From an uncultured Clostridia bacterium (GTDB taxonomy: Bacteria > Bacillota > Clostridia > Christensenellales > DTU072), in the NCBI GenBank assembly GCA_944349735.1, contig CALVNM010000001.1, positions 4,222-68,221 of the forward strand: a stretch of DNA of 64,000 nucleotides, given 5' to 3'. Below, one piece after another: positions 8,495 through 17,192 of this stretch. The notes under the pieces are model-generated. The model searched no databases, was not told the DNA's origin, and saw only the letters and a program-made list of their open reading frames with translations. Position numbers and translations under genes: made by a program. Numbering within the stretch: position 1 is the stretch's first letter; every line of letters begins with the position of its first letter.

Positions 8495-9076
8495 TTATAT
8501 TTCTTTTCTGTCAGAAAGAGCTTTACCGAGAGTCATTTCGTCGGTATATTCTATTTCCGAACCTATAGGTATGCCGTGCGCAAGCCGCGTGACTTTTATA
8601 CCGAGCGGTTTGATGAGCCGCGCTATGTATGCGGCGGTCATCTCTCCCGATACGTCGGGGTTGGTGGCTACGATGACTTCTTCCACCCCGTCCAGCCTTT
8701 CGAGCAACTCTTTAAGCCTTATCTGCTCCGCGCCGATGCCTTTCTGGAAGTCGAGAGTGCCGTGCAGTACGTGGTACAGTCCTTCGTAAGTCCCTAACTT
8801 CTCGAAAGCCTGTATGTCCCTCGGCTCCGCTACAACGCAGATCACGCGTTTGTCCGCAGTAAGACAGCGTTCGCACACGTCGCGGTCTGTATAATTTCCG
8901 CATTCGGCGCAGAAGTGTATTTCCGCTTTGGCGCGGCGTACGGCGTCGGCGAATTCCATAGCTTCATCGTCGCTCATATCTATGATCGAATAGGCGTAGC
9001 GCGTAGCCGTTTTAAGCCCTACGGCGGGCAGTTTGCGGAATTCCGCGATAAGCGCCGAGAGCGCTTCGGGTTGCAT
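8495..9076 (-). CDS. recR: Recombination protein RecR
   Basis: MQPEALSALIAEFRKLPAVGLKTATRYAY (HhH), C4 zinc finger CAECGNYTDRDVCERC, and a Toprim domain. The start ATG at 9076 overlaps the ybaB stop (ATGA). The longer track ORF (to 9256) is an Arg-rich read-through inside ybaB. Confidence 0.93.
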   Translation of the reverse strand: MQPEALSALIAEFRKLPAVGLKTATRYAYSIIDMSDDEAMEFADAVRRAKAEIHFCAECGNYTDRDVCERCLTADKRVICVVAEPRDIQAFEKLGTYEGLYHVLHGTLDFQKGIGAEQIRLKELLERLDGVEEVIVATNPDVSGEMTAAYIARLIKPLGIKVTRLAHGIPIGSEIEYTDEMTLGKALSDRKEI

Positions 9077-9414
9077 CAGAAGAGTCCTCCGGGAAGTCCG
9101 CCGGTGAAGGGTCCCATAACGCGGGACTGTTCTTCTTCGACGAGTTTGATGGCTTCGTTGAATGCCGCCGTTATCATATCCTCGAGCATTTCCACGTCGT
9201 CGGGGTCGACCGCTTCGGGTTTGATCTTTATAGAGCTTAGCGTGCGGTCGCAGCACATTACCACTTCCACCATACCGCCGCTCGACGTGGCTACCACTTC
9301 GGTCTCAGCGAGTTCTTTTTGCGCTTCGGCAAGTTTTTGTTGCATTTGTTGGGCTTGGCGCATGAGCTGTTGCATATTGCCGCCACCGCCGCCGAATCCG
9401 TTGAATTTTGCCAT
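9076..9414 (-). CDS. ybaB: Nucleoid-associated protein YbaB/EbfC
   Basis: 112 aa: MAKFNGFGGGGGNMQQLMRQAQQMQQKLAEAQKEL...GGLPGGLF, the typical YbaB family sequence. Conserved dnaX-ybaB-recR order. Confidence 0.93.
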   Translation of the reverse strand: MAKFNGFGGGGGNMQQLMRQAQQMQQKLAEAQKELAETEVVATSSGGMVEVVMCCDRTLSSIKIKPEAVDPDDVEMLEDMITAAFNEAIKLVEEEQSRVMGPFTGGLPGGLF

Positions 9415-9483
9415 AGATAAGATACCTCCGTATCAATTTATTCTTGCGTAAGCGCGTCGGTTACGCCCGCAAGAGGGGTATAA

Positions 9484-11106
9484 TTATTTCTTTTCCGTAA
9501 GTTTGGAACCGAACAGATCGACAAGTCTCATCCTGTCCTCGGGTTTGGCTTTGCCGGTCTCCTTTTTTTCGCCGACGCACTTGAAAGAATATCCGTTGTC
9601 GCCGGTCACCGCTTTGAGTGCCGCGGAGATCGCTCCTTCGTATGCGGGATCGGTGAGCTGAGTGTAGCTCGCCGCGTCGCGTACCCGTACGGTGAGAGTC
9701 TTGCCATCGAGATCGTAGTCTTCCTGCGCGCGTAATGCCTGATAAAGTATGCCGTATCCGCTTTCCCTAAGTTCCGTAATTATAAGTCCCATGAGGCGAA
9801 CGGCTTTATCGCTCGCAGGCTTGCGGACGGGAGTGCTGTCGAAAACGGGAGTTTCCTCGGTCACGGTATCCTTTTTCGAGAGAGCGGATATCCTTTCCGC
9901 CGCTTCCTGCGCGCTGACGGCGGGCTTGCTTTCCGCTTTTACCGTATAACCGCCGAATTCCATGTCGCGCAACTGTCTCTCGAGAGCGGTGACGCGTGAG
10001 ACGAGGGCTTCGGTGCCCGTTTCGGTATTCATCTCCGCTGCCTGTACGAGAACGGCTTCGAATATTATGCGCGGTTGGGTGCTGTAACGGAGCGCGTTTT
10101 CCACTCCCGCAAGGAGTTTCATCGCCCGGGCTATACGGAAGTTGTCGTATCTGTCGGCAAGCTCGCCGACCGCTTTCAGCTCTTCGTCGTTATATCCTCC
10201 GCGGTAGCCTTTGACGTTCTTGACCGTAATAAGCTCGCGGAAAAATTCGGCAAGCTCTTTATTGAGAGTGGAGAGGCCTTTGCCTCTTTCGTAGACCTTA
10301 TCGGTGAGGGAAAGTATCGTCTCGACGTCTCCTTTGAGAACAGAAGAAGCGAGCGAGTGAAGCGTGCCGAAGTCGGACGCTCCGAGCACTTCCAGCACGG
10401 CGTCGGCAGTAAGCTTGTCCGGCGAATACGAGAGGCACATGTCGGTAAGAGACAGCGTGTCTCTTACCGAGCCTTCGCCGTGGACGGCGAGTATTTCGGC
10501 AGCTTCGCGCTCGTACTTATATCCAATATCGTCGAATATCCTGCCGAGCAGATCGGTAAGTTCCGATTTGGATACGAGTCTGAAGTCGAAGCGCATGCAG
10601 CGCGACAATATGGTCTGCGGCAGTTTATGCACTTCCGTGGTCGCCAGTATGAATATCACGTGAGCGGGAGGCTCCTCGAGCGTCTTGAGCAGAGCGTTGA
10701 ATGCCGACGGCGACAGCATATGAACTTCGTCTATGATATAAACTTTGTATTTGCCTACGGTAGGGGGATATTGTACGTTTTCCTTAAGTTCGCGGATCTC
10801 GTCGACGCCGTTATTGCTTGCGGCGTCCATTTCGATTATATCGATGTTGTCGCTTCCGCCGAGAGCTTTGCATACTTCGCATTTGCCGCACGGAGAGCCG
10901 TTCACGGGAGAAAGACAGTTCACGGCTCGCGCGAATATTTTTGCGGAACTCGTTTTGCCCGTTCCGCGCGTCCCCGTGAAAAGGTAAGCGTGACCTACAG
11001 ACCCGGCTTTTATCTGATTGATAAGAGTGGTTACGATGTGATTCTGTCCTATGACTTTGTCCCAGGTCGCGGGGCGATATTTGCGGTATAACGATACGTA
11101 CGCCAT
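9484..11106 (-). CDS. dnaX: DNA polymerase III subunit gamma/tau
   Basis: MAYVSLYRKYRPATWDKVIGQNHIV, Walker A GTRGTGKTS, zinc module CGKCEVC, DEVHML, SRC motif. Confidence 0.95.
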   Translation of the reverse strand: MAYVSLYRKYRPATWDKVIGQNHIVTTLINQIKAGSVGHAYLFTGTRGTGKTSSAKIFARAVNCLSPVNGSPCGKCEVCKALGGSDNIDIIEMDAASNNGVDEIRELKENVQYPPTVGKYKVYIIDEVHMLSPSAFNALLKTLEEPPAHVIFILATTEVHKLPQTILSRCMRFDFRLVSKSELTDLLGRIFDDIGYKYEREAAEILAVHGEGSVRDTLSLTDMCLSYSPDKLTADAVLEVLGASDFGTLHSLASSVLKGDVETILSLTDKVYERGKGLSTLNKELAEFFRELITVKNVKGYRGGYNDEELKAVGELADRYDNFRIARAMKLLAGVENALRYSTQPRIIFEAVLVQAAEMNTETGTEALVSRVTALERQLRDMEFGGYTVKAESKPAVSAQEAAERISALSKKDTVTEETPVFDSTPVRKPASDKAVRLMGLIITELRESGYGILYQALRAQEDYDLDGKTLTVRVRDAASYTQLTDPAYEGAISAALKAVTGDNGYSFKCVGEKKETGKAKPEDRMRLVDLFGSKLTEKK

Positions 11107-11119
11107 GATATTATCCGCC

Positions 11120-12655
11120 TTATACGGGATTTATATCCAAAGAAGCGAGGAATTTGGCGAATGCTTCCTGACCGATCTCTGTATTCTTGAAGACCGCCGT
11201 GCATTCGAGTATGCGTACGCAGGTCTCGTTGACGTAATTTACTATGATCTTCTCGGCGTCGTCTATGGGATTTGAAGTGCCGTTGTCGTTGGCAAGCTGC
11301 ATGATCATTCCGAGATGCTTGGACAGGGGATTTTTCTCGTCGCTCAGAGCTGCGAAATCGAGAGGTGCCGCTCCGCTCAGTATGTCCACTATGCCGCGTA
11401 TCTCGCTTGCGAGTCTTCCGGGAAGGATAAAGGTCCCCATGGCTTCGATGAGTCCGATGCCTTCTTTTTTGATATTGTGCATGTCCTCGGTGGGGTGATA
11501 TATGCCGTAGGGATGTTTCTCGTCCGTACGGTTGTTGCGCAGTATGAGATAGAGAGTGTAATCGCCGTTTTCTACCGTTGCGATAGGAGTTATTGTATTA
11601 TGCGGGGCGTTGGTCTCTGCTATGATGCCTACGGAAGTATCGGTGTACTTACGCCACTTGGCAAGTATGGCGGAAGCCGCCGCCTCTACGTCCGAGCGGA
11701 CTCTTCCCGAAAGCTTGACGACGGAATTGTACCAGTCGAGGATACCGATATTGACGCTCGGGTATGCCGAAGACGCGAACGCGCGTCTCACGGGACGCGA
11801 GAACATTGGAAGCACTTTTTTGCCGCCCTGATAGTGTTCGTGAGCGAGGATGCTTCCGCCGACTATCGGGAGATCGGCGTTGCTGCCTATGAAATAGTGA
11901 GGGAACATCTCTACGAAATCGAGAAGCCTTACGAAAGTCTTGTCGGTTATCGCCATCGGGTGATGTTCCGCGCTTACGGCGATGCAATGCCCGTCGAAAT
12001 ACACGTAAGGACTGAACTGCATGAACCAGGGTTCGTCGTTAAGGTAAAGGGGAATGACGCGGATGGTCTCACGTGCGGGATGGCGAGCGTTTCCGTCGAA
12101 TCCGAGGTTCTCGAGACAGAGCAGACATTTGGGATAATTGGTGGCGGGCATGTTGCGTTCGCGCGCTACCTGTTCGTTGGATTTCTCGGGCTTACTGAGA
12201 TTGATGGTAACGGTGAGGTCTCCGGTAGGGAATTCCGCCGCCCACTTTATGTTCTTTTTTATGTCCGCCATGCGGATATAATTGCTGTTGACTCCGATCT
12301 CGTTAAGGTATTCGGTAGCGGCTTCGGTGCCTTTATTTGCGGCTATCGCGTCGAATTCCGCTATCACCACGCTCGGAGCGGGAGTGACGAGTCCCATGAC
12401 GCGCGTTTCGAACAGTAATTTTTCGCTCTCGTCCGCAAGACCGTTCTCCACAGCATAGGCGACTATCGGGTCGAGTATGCCGGTCTGCAGAGGGGGAATC
12501 TTGGCGTCGGGAGCGGACGGCTCGGAAAGCTTGAACATGGCGAGCAGTCTGTTACGGGCGTATATTGCGTCGAAAGCGCTCAGGTGAAGATTATCTTGCG
12601 CGTACGCGACAAGATTAGCGAGTAACTTACCGATGGATACGTTTTGTTTAGGCAT
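11120..12655 (-). CDS. galT: UDP-glucose--hexose-1-phosphate uridylyltransferase (GalT, type 2 / Gram-positive long form)
   Basis: 511 aa, with the N-terminus and length typical of class II GalT. It is divergent from a galactokinase-like gene. Assignment is from my recognition of the family, not from a search. Confidence 0.75.
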   Translation of the reverse strand: MPKQNVSIGKLLANLVAYAQDNLHLSAFDAIYARNRLLAMFKLSEPSAPDAKIPPLQTGILDPIVAYAVENGLADESEKLLFETRVMGLVTPAPSVVIAEFDAIAANKGTEAATEYLNEIGVNSNYIRMADIKKNIKWAAEFPTGDLTVTINLSKPEKSNEQVARERNMPATNYPKCLLCLENLGFDGNARHPARETIRVIPLYLNDEPWFMQFSPYVYFDGHCIAVSAEHHPMAITDKTFVRLLDFVEMFPHYFIGSNADLPIVGGSILAHEHYQGGKKVLPMFSRPVRRAFASSAYPSVNIGILDWYNSVVKLSGRVRSDVEAAASAILAKWRKYTDTSVGIIAETNAPHNTITPIATVENGDYTLYLILRNNRTDEKHPYGIYHPTEDMHNIKKEGIGLIEAMGTFILPGRLASEIRGIVDILSGAAPLDFAALSDEKNPLSKHLGMIMQLANDNGTSNPIDDAEKIIVNYVNETCVRILECTAVFKNTEIGQEAFAKFLASLDINPV

Positions 12656-12719
12656 AGAAGATCCTTATAAGATGCGAATATATTTTTTGTAGTTTACTTA
12701 TCAAGTCTTATGTGCTATA

Positions 12720-14024
12720 ATGGCAATATCATTATTATATATGGAGAAGACGATTTTGGCAATATTATACGATAAAAAAAGTTTGCTCGAAAACAAGAAA
12801 TTTATCGCCGCGGCGAATGAAATATACGCAGGCGACGTCGAAAAAGCCGCCGACAGGATAGCGGCTCTCGTCGAAGAACACGTGAAATCGGTAGACGGCG
12901 AAATCATGATATTCAGTTCTCCCGGCAGGATCGAGGTCTGCGGAAATCATACCGATCACAATAACGGCAAAGTCCTTGCCGCAGCAGTATCGGTGGACCT
13001 TGCGGCGGCGGTCACGCCTCTCGGGGAGCGGAAGATCGTCGTCAAAAGTCTCGGATTCCCGGTAGTGGAAGTAGATATTGACGATCTTGAACCGAAAAAA
13101 GAAGAGGAAGGCACGTCTTTCGCTCTCGTTCGCGGCGTTCTCCGCGGACTCAAGGACCGCGGATACGCCATCGGCGGCTTCTATGCCACCACGGTATCGG
13201 ACGTTTTCAAGGGCGCCGGCATGAGCAGCTCCGCTTCGTTTGAAGTATTCGTCGCGGAAGTGGAAAACGCGCTCTATAACGGCGGAGTGATTTCCGCTGT
13301 GGAGAAAGCCATAATAAGTCAGTATGCCGAGAACGTTTATTTCGGTAAGCCTTCGGGTCTGATGGATCAGTCCGCGATCGCGCTCGGCGGCGTGAGTTAC
13401 ATAGACTTCCTCGATCCCTCCGCGCCGGAAGTGGAAAAACTGGACTGGCAATTCGACGACACCACGGTATTCGTCGTGAACTGCGGCGGCGACCACTGCG
13501 AACTTACTCCTCAATACGCCGCAATCAGAGCGGAAATGGAGGAGGTCGCTTCGATATTCGGACAGGAAAAGTTGCGTTTCGTGGACGAAGGCGAATTTTT
13601 CAGCTCCGTATCCGCGCTTAAGGATAAGGTCAGCGGCAGAGCGATATTGCGCGCGATGCATTATCTCGAGGAGAACGACAGGGTAGAGTCGCTGCGCGAA
13701 GCGATACGCGACGGAGACGAGGACATCGCCTATGCGATAATCACCGCGTCCGGAGAATCTTCCTATAAAAAACTTCAGAACTGTTATGCCGAAGGCGACC
13801 GTTCAGAGCCTATACCTCTTGCACTCGCGCTGTGTGAAAACTATGACGGCGTAAGAGCTTTCCGCGTTCACGGCGGCGGATTTGCGGGTACCATACTGGT
13901 ATTCGCCGACAATTCCGCCAAAGAGGAGTTCAGAGACTACATGAGCGGTATTTTCGGAGAGAAGAACATTTATATGCTCAAGATCCGTAACAGCGGGGCC
14001 ATAAGGCTCGACCTCGGCGAATAA
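12720..14024 (+). CDS. galK: Galactokinase-like GHMP kinase
   Basis: SPGRIEVCGNHTDHNNGKVLAAAV (GalK signature variant of PGRVNLIGEHTDY), GHMP ATP motif GAGMSSSASFEV, C-terminal GGGFAGT. Start uncertain: ATG 12720 overlaps a TGcTATAAT box (12713-12721), and the next ATG is 12744. Confidence 0.75.
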   Translation: MAISLLYMEKTILAILYDKKSLLENKKFIAAANEIYAGDVEKAADRIAALVEEHVKSVDGEIMIFSSPGRIEVCGNHTDHNNGKVLAAAVSVDLAAAVTPLGERKIVVKSLGFPVVEVDIDDLEPKKEEEGTSFALVRGVLRGLKDRGYAIGGFYATTVSDVFKGAGMSSSASFEVFVAEVENALYNGGVISAVEKAIISQYAENVYFGKPSGLMDQSAIALGGVSYIDFLDPSAPEVEKLDWQFDDTTVFVVNCGGDHCELTPQYAAIRAEMEEVASIFGQEKLRFVDEGEFFSSVSALKDKVSGRAILRAMHYLEENDRVESLREAIRDGDEDIAYAIITASGESSYKKLQNCYAEGDRSEPIPLALALCENYDGVRAFRVHGGGFAGTILVFADNSAKEEFRDYMSGIFGEKNIYMLKIRNSGAIRLDLGE

Positions 14025-14040
14025 CACGGAGGAAACGGCA

Positions 14041-14949
14041 GTGTTGTGCGATATGCATTGGACGGGCAAAGTCGATTCCGTCGCTTTTTCGATAGGCGGC
14101 AAAGACATTGCCTGGTACGGTATAATTATTACATGCGCCATGCTCGCGGGGCTTTTTGCGGCGCTCGTACGCGGCAAAAAGCATAATCTGACGATCGACG
14201 ATCTGGTGGAGATATTCATCATCGCCATACCTCTTGCCATAATCGGCGCGCGTATCGGCTATGTGATGGTACGCCCCGAATATTTCCCGTCCGATTTCGG
14301 CTGGGACGACTTCGTCAACGTCATCGCGGTATGGGACGGCGGTCTCACGATAATGACGGGAGTGCCTTTCGGCGTTCTCGGCGGCGCGATATGGTGTAAG
14401 TGGCGTAAAGTGAATCTTATCGATCTTGCGGATATAATCATACCCGTAGTCCTTTTTTCGCAGGGCCTCGGAAGATGGGGCAATTTCTGCAATCAGGAGA
14501 TATTCGGCGCGGAGATAACTAATCCGAATCTTCAGTTTTTCCCGATAGCGGTATTCATCGCCCGTCTCGACGGCTTCTATCAGGCGTTGTTCTTCTACGA
14601 GATGGCGATGGATCTTGCGTTCTTTGCGGCGATGATGATATTGCTGCGTCACCTTAAAGTGCGCGGCGCGGGTACGCTTATGTATCTTTTCTCGTACTGC
14701 CTCATAAGGTTCGTGATGGAATTCATAAGAGACGACGGAGCTATCTACGACGTATTCAATTATACTCAGGTGATTTGCGGAATACTGGTCGTGGCTTCGG
14801 CGGCGTTGCTAGCGTACCTAATCGTCAGGGACGTGAAGGCGGGTAAGAAGGTATGGTACGGCAAAGGCGGCATTCCGCCGGAAGAGACGATACAGATACA
14901 TCCGTATCACAAGCCGAGTAAAAAAGAGGGCGGAAAGGAAGCAAAATGA
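14041..14949 (+). CDS. lgt: Prolipoprotein diacylglyceryl transferase
   Basis: IAWYGIIITCAMLAG, GARIGYV, GRWGNFCNQEIFG motifs. GTG start 14041 is preceded by GGAGGAA (14028-14034) with a 6 nt spacer. Confidence 0.9.
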   Translation: MLCDMHWTGKVDSVAFSIGGKDIAWYGIIITCAMLAGLFAALVRGKKHNLTIDDLVEIFIIAIPLAIIGARIGYVMVRPEYFPSDFGWDDFVNVIAVWDGGLTIMTGVPFGVLGGAIWCKWRKVNLIDLADIIIPVVLFSQGLGRWGNFCNQEIFGAEITNPNLQFFPIAVFIARLDGFYQALFFYEMAMDLAFFAAMMILLRHLKVRGAGTLMYLFSYCLIRFVMEFIRDDGAIYDVFNYTQVICGILVVASAALLAYLIVRDVKAGKKVWYGKGGIPPEETIQIHPYHKPSKKEGGKEAK

Positions 14950-14954
14950 TGCTC

Positions 14955-15005
14955 TCGCGCGGTTCGCCGGCTAAGCGCCCGGGGACCGCGCGAAATTTAT
15001 TTTAC
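14955..15005 (+). terminator. Candidate rho-independent terminator after lgt
   Basis: 9-bp stem TCGCGCGGT (14955-14963) / ACCGCGCGA (14985-14993) with a GC-rich loop, followed by AAATTTATTTTA. Confidence 0.45.
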
Positions 15006-15068
15006 CTTAAAAGACCGTTTTGCGGCAATTAAAAGGGAAAAAGTATAAATACACAGGAAGCGAGCGGT

Positions 15069-16508
15069 ATGAGAAATTTGACTTTACTTACGGATCTTTA
15101 TCAATTCACGATGATGAACGGTTATGCCGAAACCGGAATGGCGGACAGAGAAGCCGTATTCGACGTTTTCTTCCGTCCGGCGGCGCACCTCGACTTTGCC
15201 GTCGCGGCAGGACTGCAGCAGGCGATAGAGTACATCAATAACCTCCGATTCGAAGATGACGATATAGCATATCTTAGATCTCTCGGTTGTTTCGGCGAAA
15301 AGTTCTTCGAGCGTATCAAGGATTTCCGTTTTACGGGCGACGTGTACGCGGTGCGCGAAGGAGAAATGGTATTCCCGCACGAGCCGCTGGTGACGGTCAA
15401 GGCGCCTTTGTTCGAAGCGCAACTCGTGGAGACCGCGCTTCTCAATCTCATCAATCATCAGACTCTGATAGCGACCAAAGCGATGAAGATGGCCAACGAG
15501 ACCAAGGGCGGCATAGCGGAATTCGGGCTGCGCAGAGCGCAGGGACCGGACGCGGGTATATACGGCGCGAGAGCGAGCGTTATAGGCGGATGCGTAAGCA
15601 CGTCCAACGTGCTTGCCGGTAAGATGTTCGGCGTCAAAGTGAGCGGTACGCACGCGCACAGCTGGGTCATGAGCTTTCCCGACGAGCTGTCGGCTTTCCG
15701 TAAATACGCGGAACTTTATCCGGACGCGTGTCTGCTTCTCGTGGACACTTACGACACGCTCGGCAGCGGCGTTCCCAATGCGATCAAGGTATTCGACGAA
15801 CTCAAGGCGCGCGGATATACTCCGCTCGGCATAAGGCTCGATTCGGGAGACCTCGCGTATCTCTCCAAGAAGGCGCGCAAAATGCTCGACGACGCGGGAC
15901 ACAGGGACGCAAAGATCTTCGCGTCGGGCGACATAGACGAAAATATTATCGCTTCGCTCAACGCGCAGGGCGCGAAAATCGACGTGTGGGGAATAGGTAC
16001 AAAACTTATAACCGCTTCTCCGAATCCCGCTCTCGGCGGCGTTTACAAACTTGCGGCTATACAAGACGAAAACGGAGAATGGACTCCCAAAATGAAGATC
16101 TCGGATACCCCGGAGAAGATAACTAATCCCGGATTTAAGACCTTCTACAGGATATACGGCGCGGACGGTAAGGCGGCTGCCGACCTCATCGCGCTGAGAG
16201 GAGAGAAGTTCGATACGTCCAAGCCTCTCACTATATTCCATCCGATCGAGACATGGAAACACACCACGTTCGATAAGTATTCCATGCGCGAAATTCCGGT
16301 CAAGGTATTCGAAGGCGGAAAGCAGGTCTACGAAGTGCCGACGCTAGAAGAGACGGTTAAATTCGCAGTGAAGTCCAAGGGCGAATTCTGGGAGGAGTAC
16401 AAGCGTCTTACCAATCCTCATATATACAAAGTCGATCTTTCGGACGGGCTGTACGATCTGAGGAAATCTTTGCTTCTGAACGCACGTCGCGCGGGAGGGC
16501 GTAAATAA
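15069..16508 (+). CDS. pncB: Nicotinate phosphoribosyltransferase
   Basis: MRNLTLLTDLYQFTMMNGY N-terminus, GTHAHSWVMSF, LRLDSGDL. Typical NAPRTase of 479 aa. Confidence 0.92.
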   Translation: MRNLTLLTDLYQFTMMNGYAETGMADREAVFDVFFRPAAHLDFAVAAGLQQAIEYINNLRFEDDDIAYLRSLGCFGEKFFERIKDFRFTGDVYAVREGEMVFPHEPLVTVKAPLFEAQLVETALLNLINHQTLIATKAMKMANETKGGIAEFGLRRAQGPDAGIYGARASVIGGCVSTSNVLAGKMFGVKVSGTHAHSWVMSFPDELSAFRKYAELYPDACLLLVDTYDTLGSGVPNAIKVFDELKARGYTPLGIRLDSGDLAYLSKKARKMLDDAGHRDAKIFASGDIDENIIASLNAQGAKIDVWGIGTKLITASPNPALGGVYKLAAIQDENGEWTPKMKISDTPEKITNPGFKTFYRIYGADGKAAADLIALRGEKFDTSKPLTIFHPIETWKHTTFDKYSMREIPVKVFEGGKQVYEVPTLEETVKFAVKSKGEFWEEYKRLTNPHIYKVDLSDGLYDLRKSLLLNARRAGGRK

Positions 16509-16556
16509 GACATATTCCGAGGTATTTTGCATGGCTCAGGCGGTTATAATCCGCTT

Positions 16557-17102
16557 ATGGCCGGAATATTTACGCGTAATAATAAGAAGAATAATAAGAA
16601 CAAACGCCAATTCGACTCGGGCGCGCCGCTTCCGGAAGAAGCGGAAGCGCAAGCCGGGCGGATCGCCGCGCTTCGTGCGGAAGTGGAGAGACTTACCGCG
16701 GAACTTAACGGTTACCGTGCGGAAGAACGCGAGATACGCGACGCGCTCAATTTTGCCAAGGCAAGGTCGGAAGAATACGAGAAAGAAGCCCGTATCCGTT
16801 TCGCTCTCGAGAGCGAAAGGCTAGCCGCTTACCGCGATAAATGGCAATCGAGGCTGAGAATGCTCGGAAGCGCGGAAAAACTCGGAGAAGAGGTGCTGGA
16901 GTGCAAGCGTTTCTTCGAGGACTGCGTAAGAGAACTCAGCGCCGTGATCGAAGGCGAACCTTTGCCGAGCGATCCCCCCGGGGAACAGTTTTACAGCGAA
17001 TGCGCGCGGCTCAGCGATCTGGGAGTATCGCGCGAGGAGCAGGAAGTGCGGCTGAGCGACGACGAGTTAGGCGTATTGCTCGCTCAGCTCGGGAATAAAT
17101 AG
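16557..17102 (+). CDS. Hypothetical coiled-coil protein (weakly DivIVA-like heptad region)
   Basis: Track ORF 16527..17102 starts at TTG. ATG 16557 gives MAGIFTRNNKKNNKNKRQ..., followed by a charged heptad-like region (RIAALRAEVERLTAELNGYRAEEREIRDALNFAKARSEEYEKEA). There is no SD. TATAAT (16545-16550) lies 6 nt upstream of the ATG. Confidence 0.5.
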   Translation: MAGIFTRNNKKNNKNKRQFDSGAPLPEEAEAQAGRIAALRAEVERLTAELNGYRAEEREIRDALNFAKARSEEYEKEARIRFALESERLAAYRDKWQSRLRMLGSAEKLGEEVLECKRFFEDCVRELSAVIEGEPLPSDPPGEQFYSECARLSDLGVSREEQEVRLSDDELGVLLAQLGNK

Positions 17103-17192
17103 CGAATCATATTGACTAAATTTAATATTTAAGGTATATTTTTATTATTCCGAAATCTCGGGATACCGTCGTCCAAACGGTAAGGAGCAGTT

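Noticed and set aside
9077-9256. N-terminal 60-codon Arg-rich extension of the recR ORF
   Set aside because: It lies entirely inside ybaB in another frame. RecR homology begins at Met61 (MQPEALSALIAEF...), whose ATG overlaps the ybaB stop in the typical ATGA coupling.
11107-11119. Looked for an SRP RNA (scr/ffs) upstream of dnaX, as in Bacillus
   Set aside because: Only 13 nt separate dnaX from galT, so there is no room for an RNA gene.
16577-16600. Direct 12-nt repeat AATAATAAGAAG/AATAATAAGAAC, and the GAAGAGGAAGAGGAGGAA run at 60307-60324
   Set aside because: These are short in-frame codon repeats encoding NNKKNNKNK and a poly-Glu tail. They are low-complexity coding sequence, not repeat elements.
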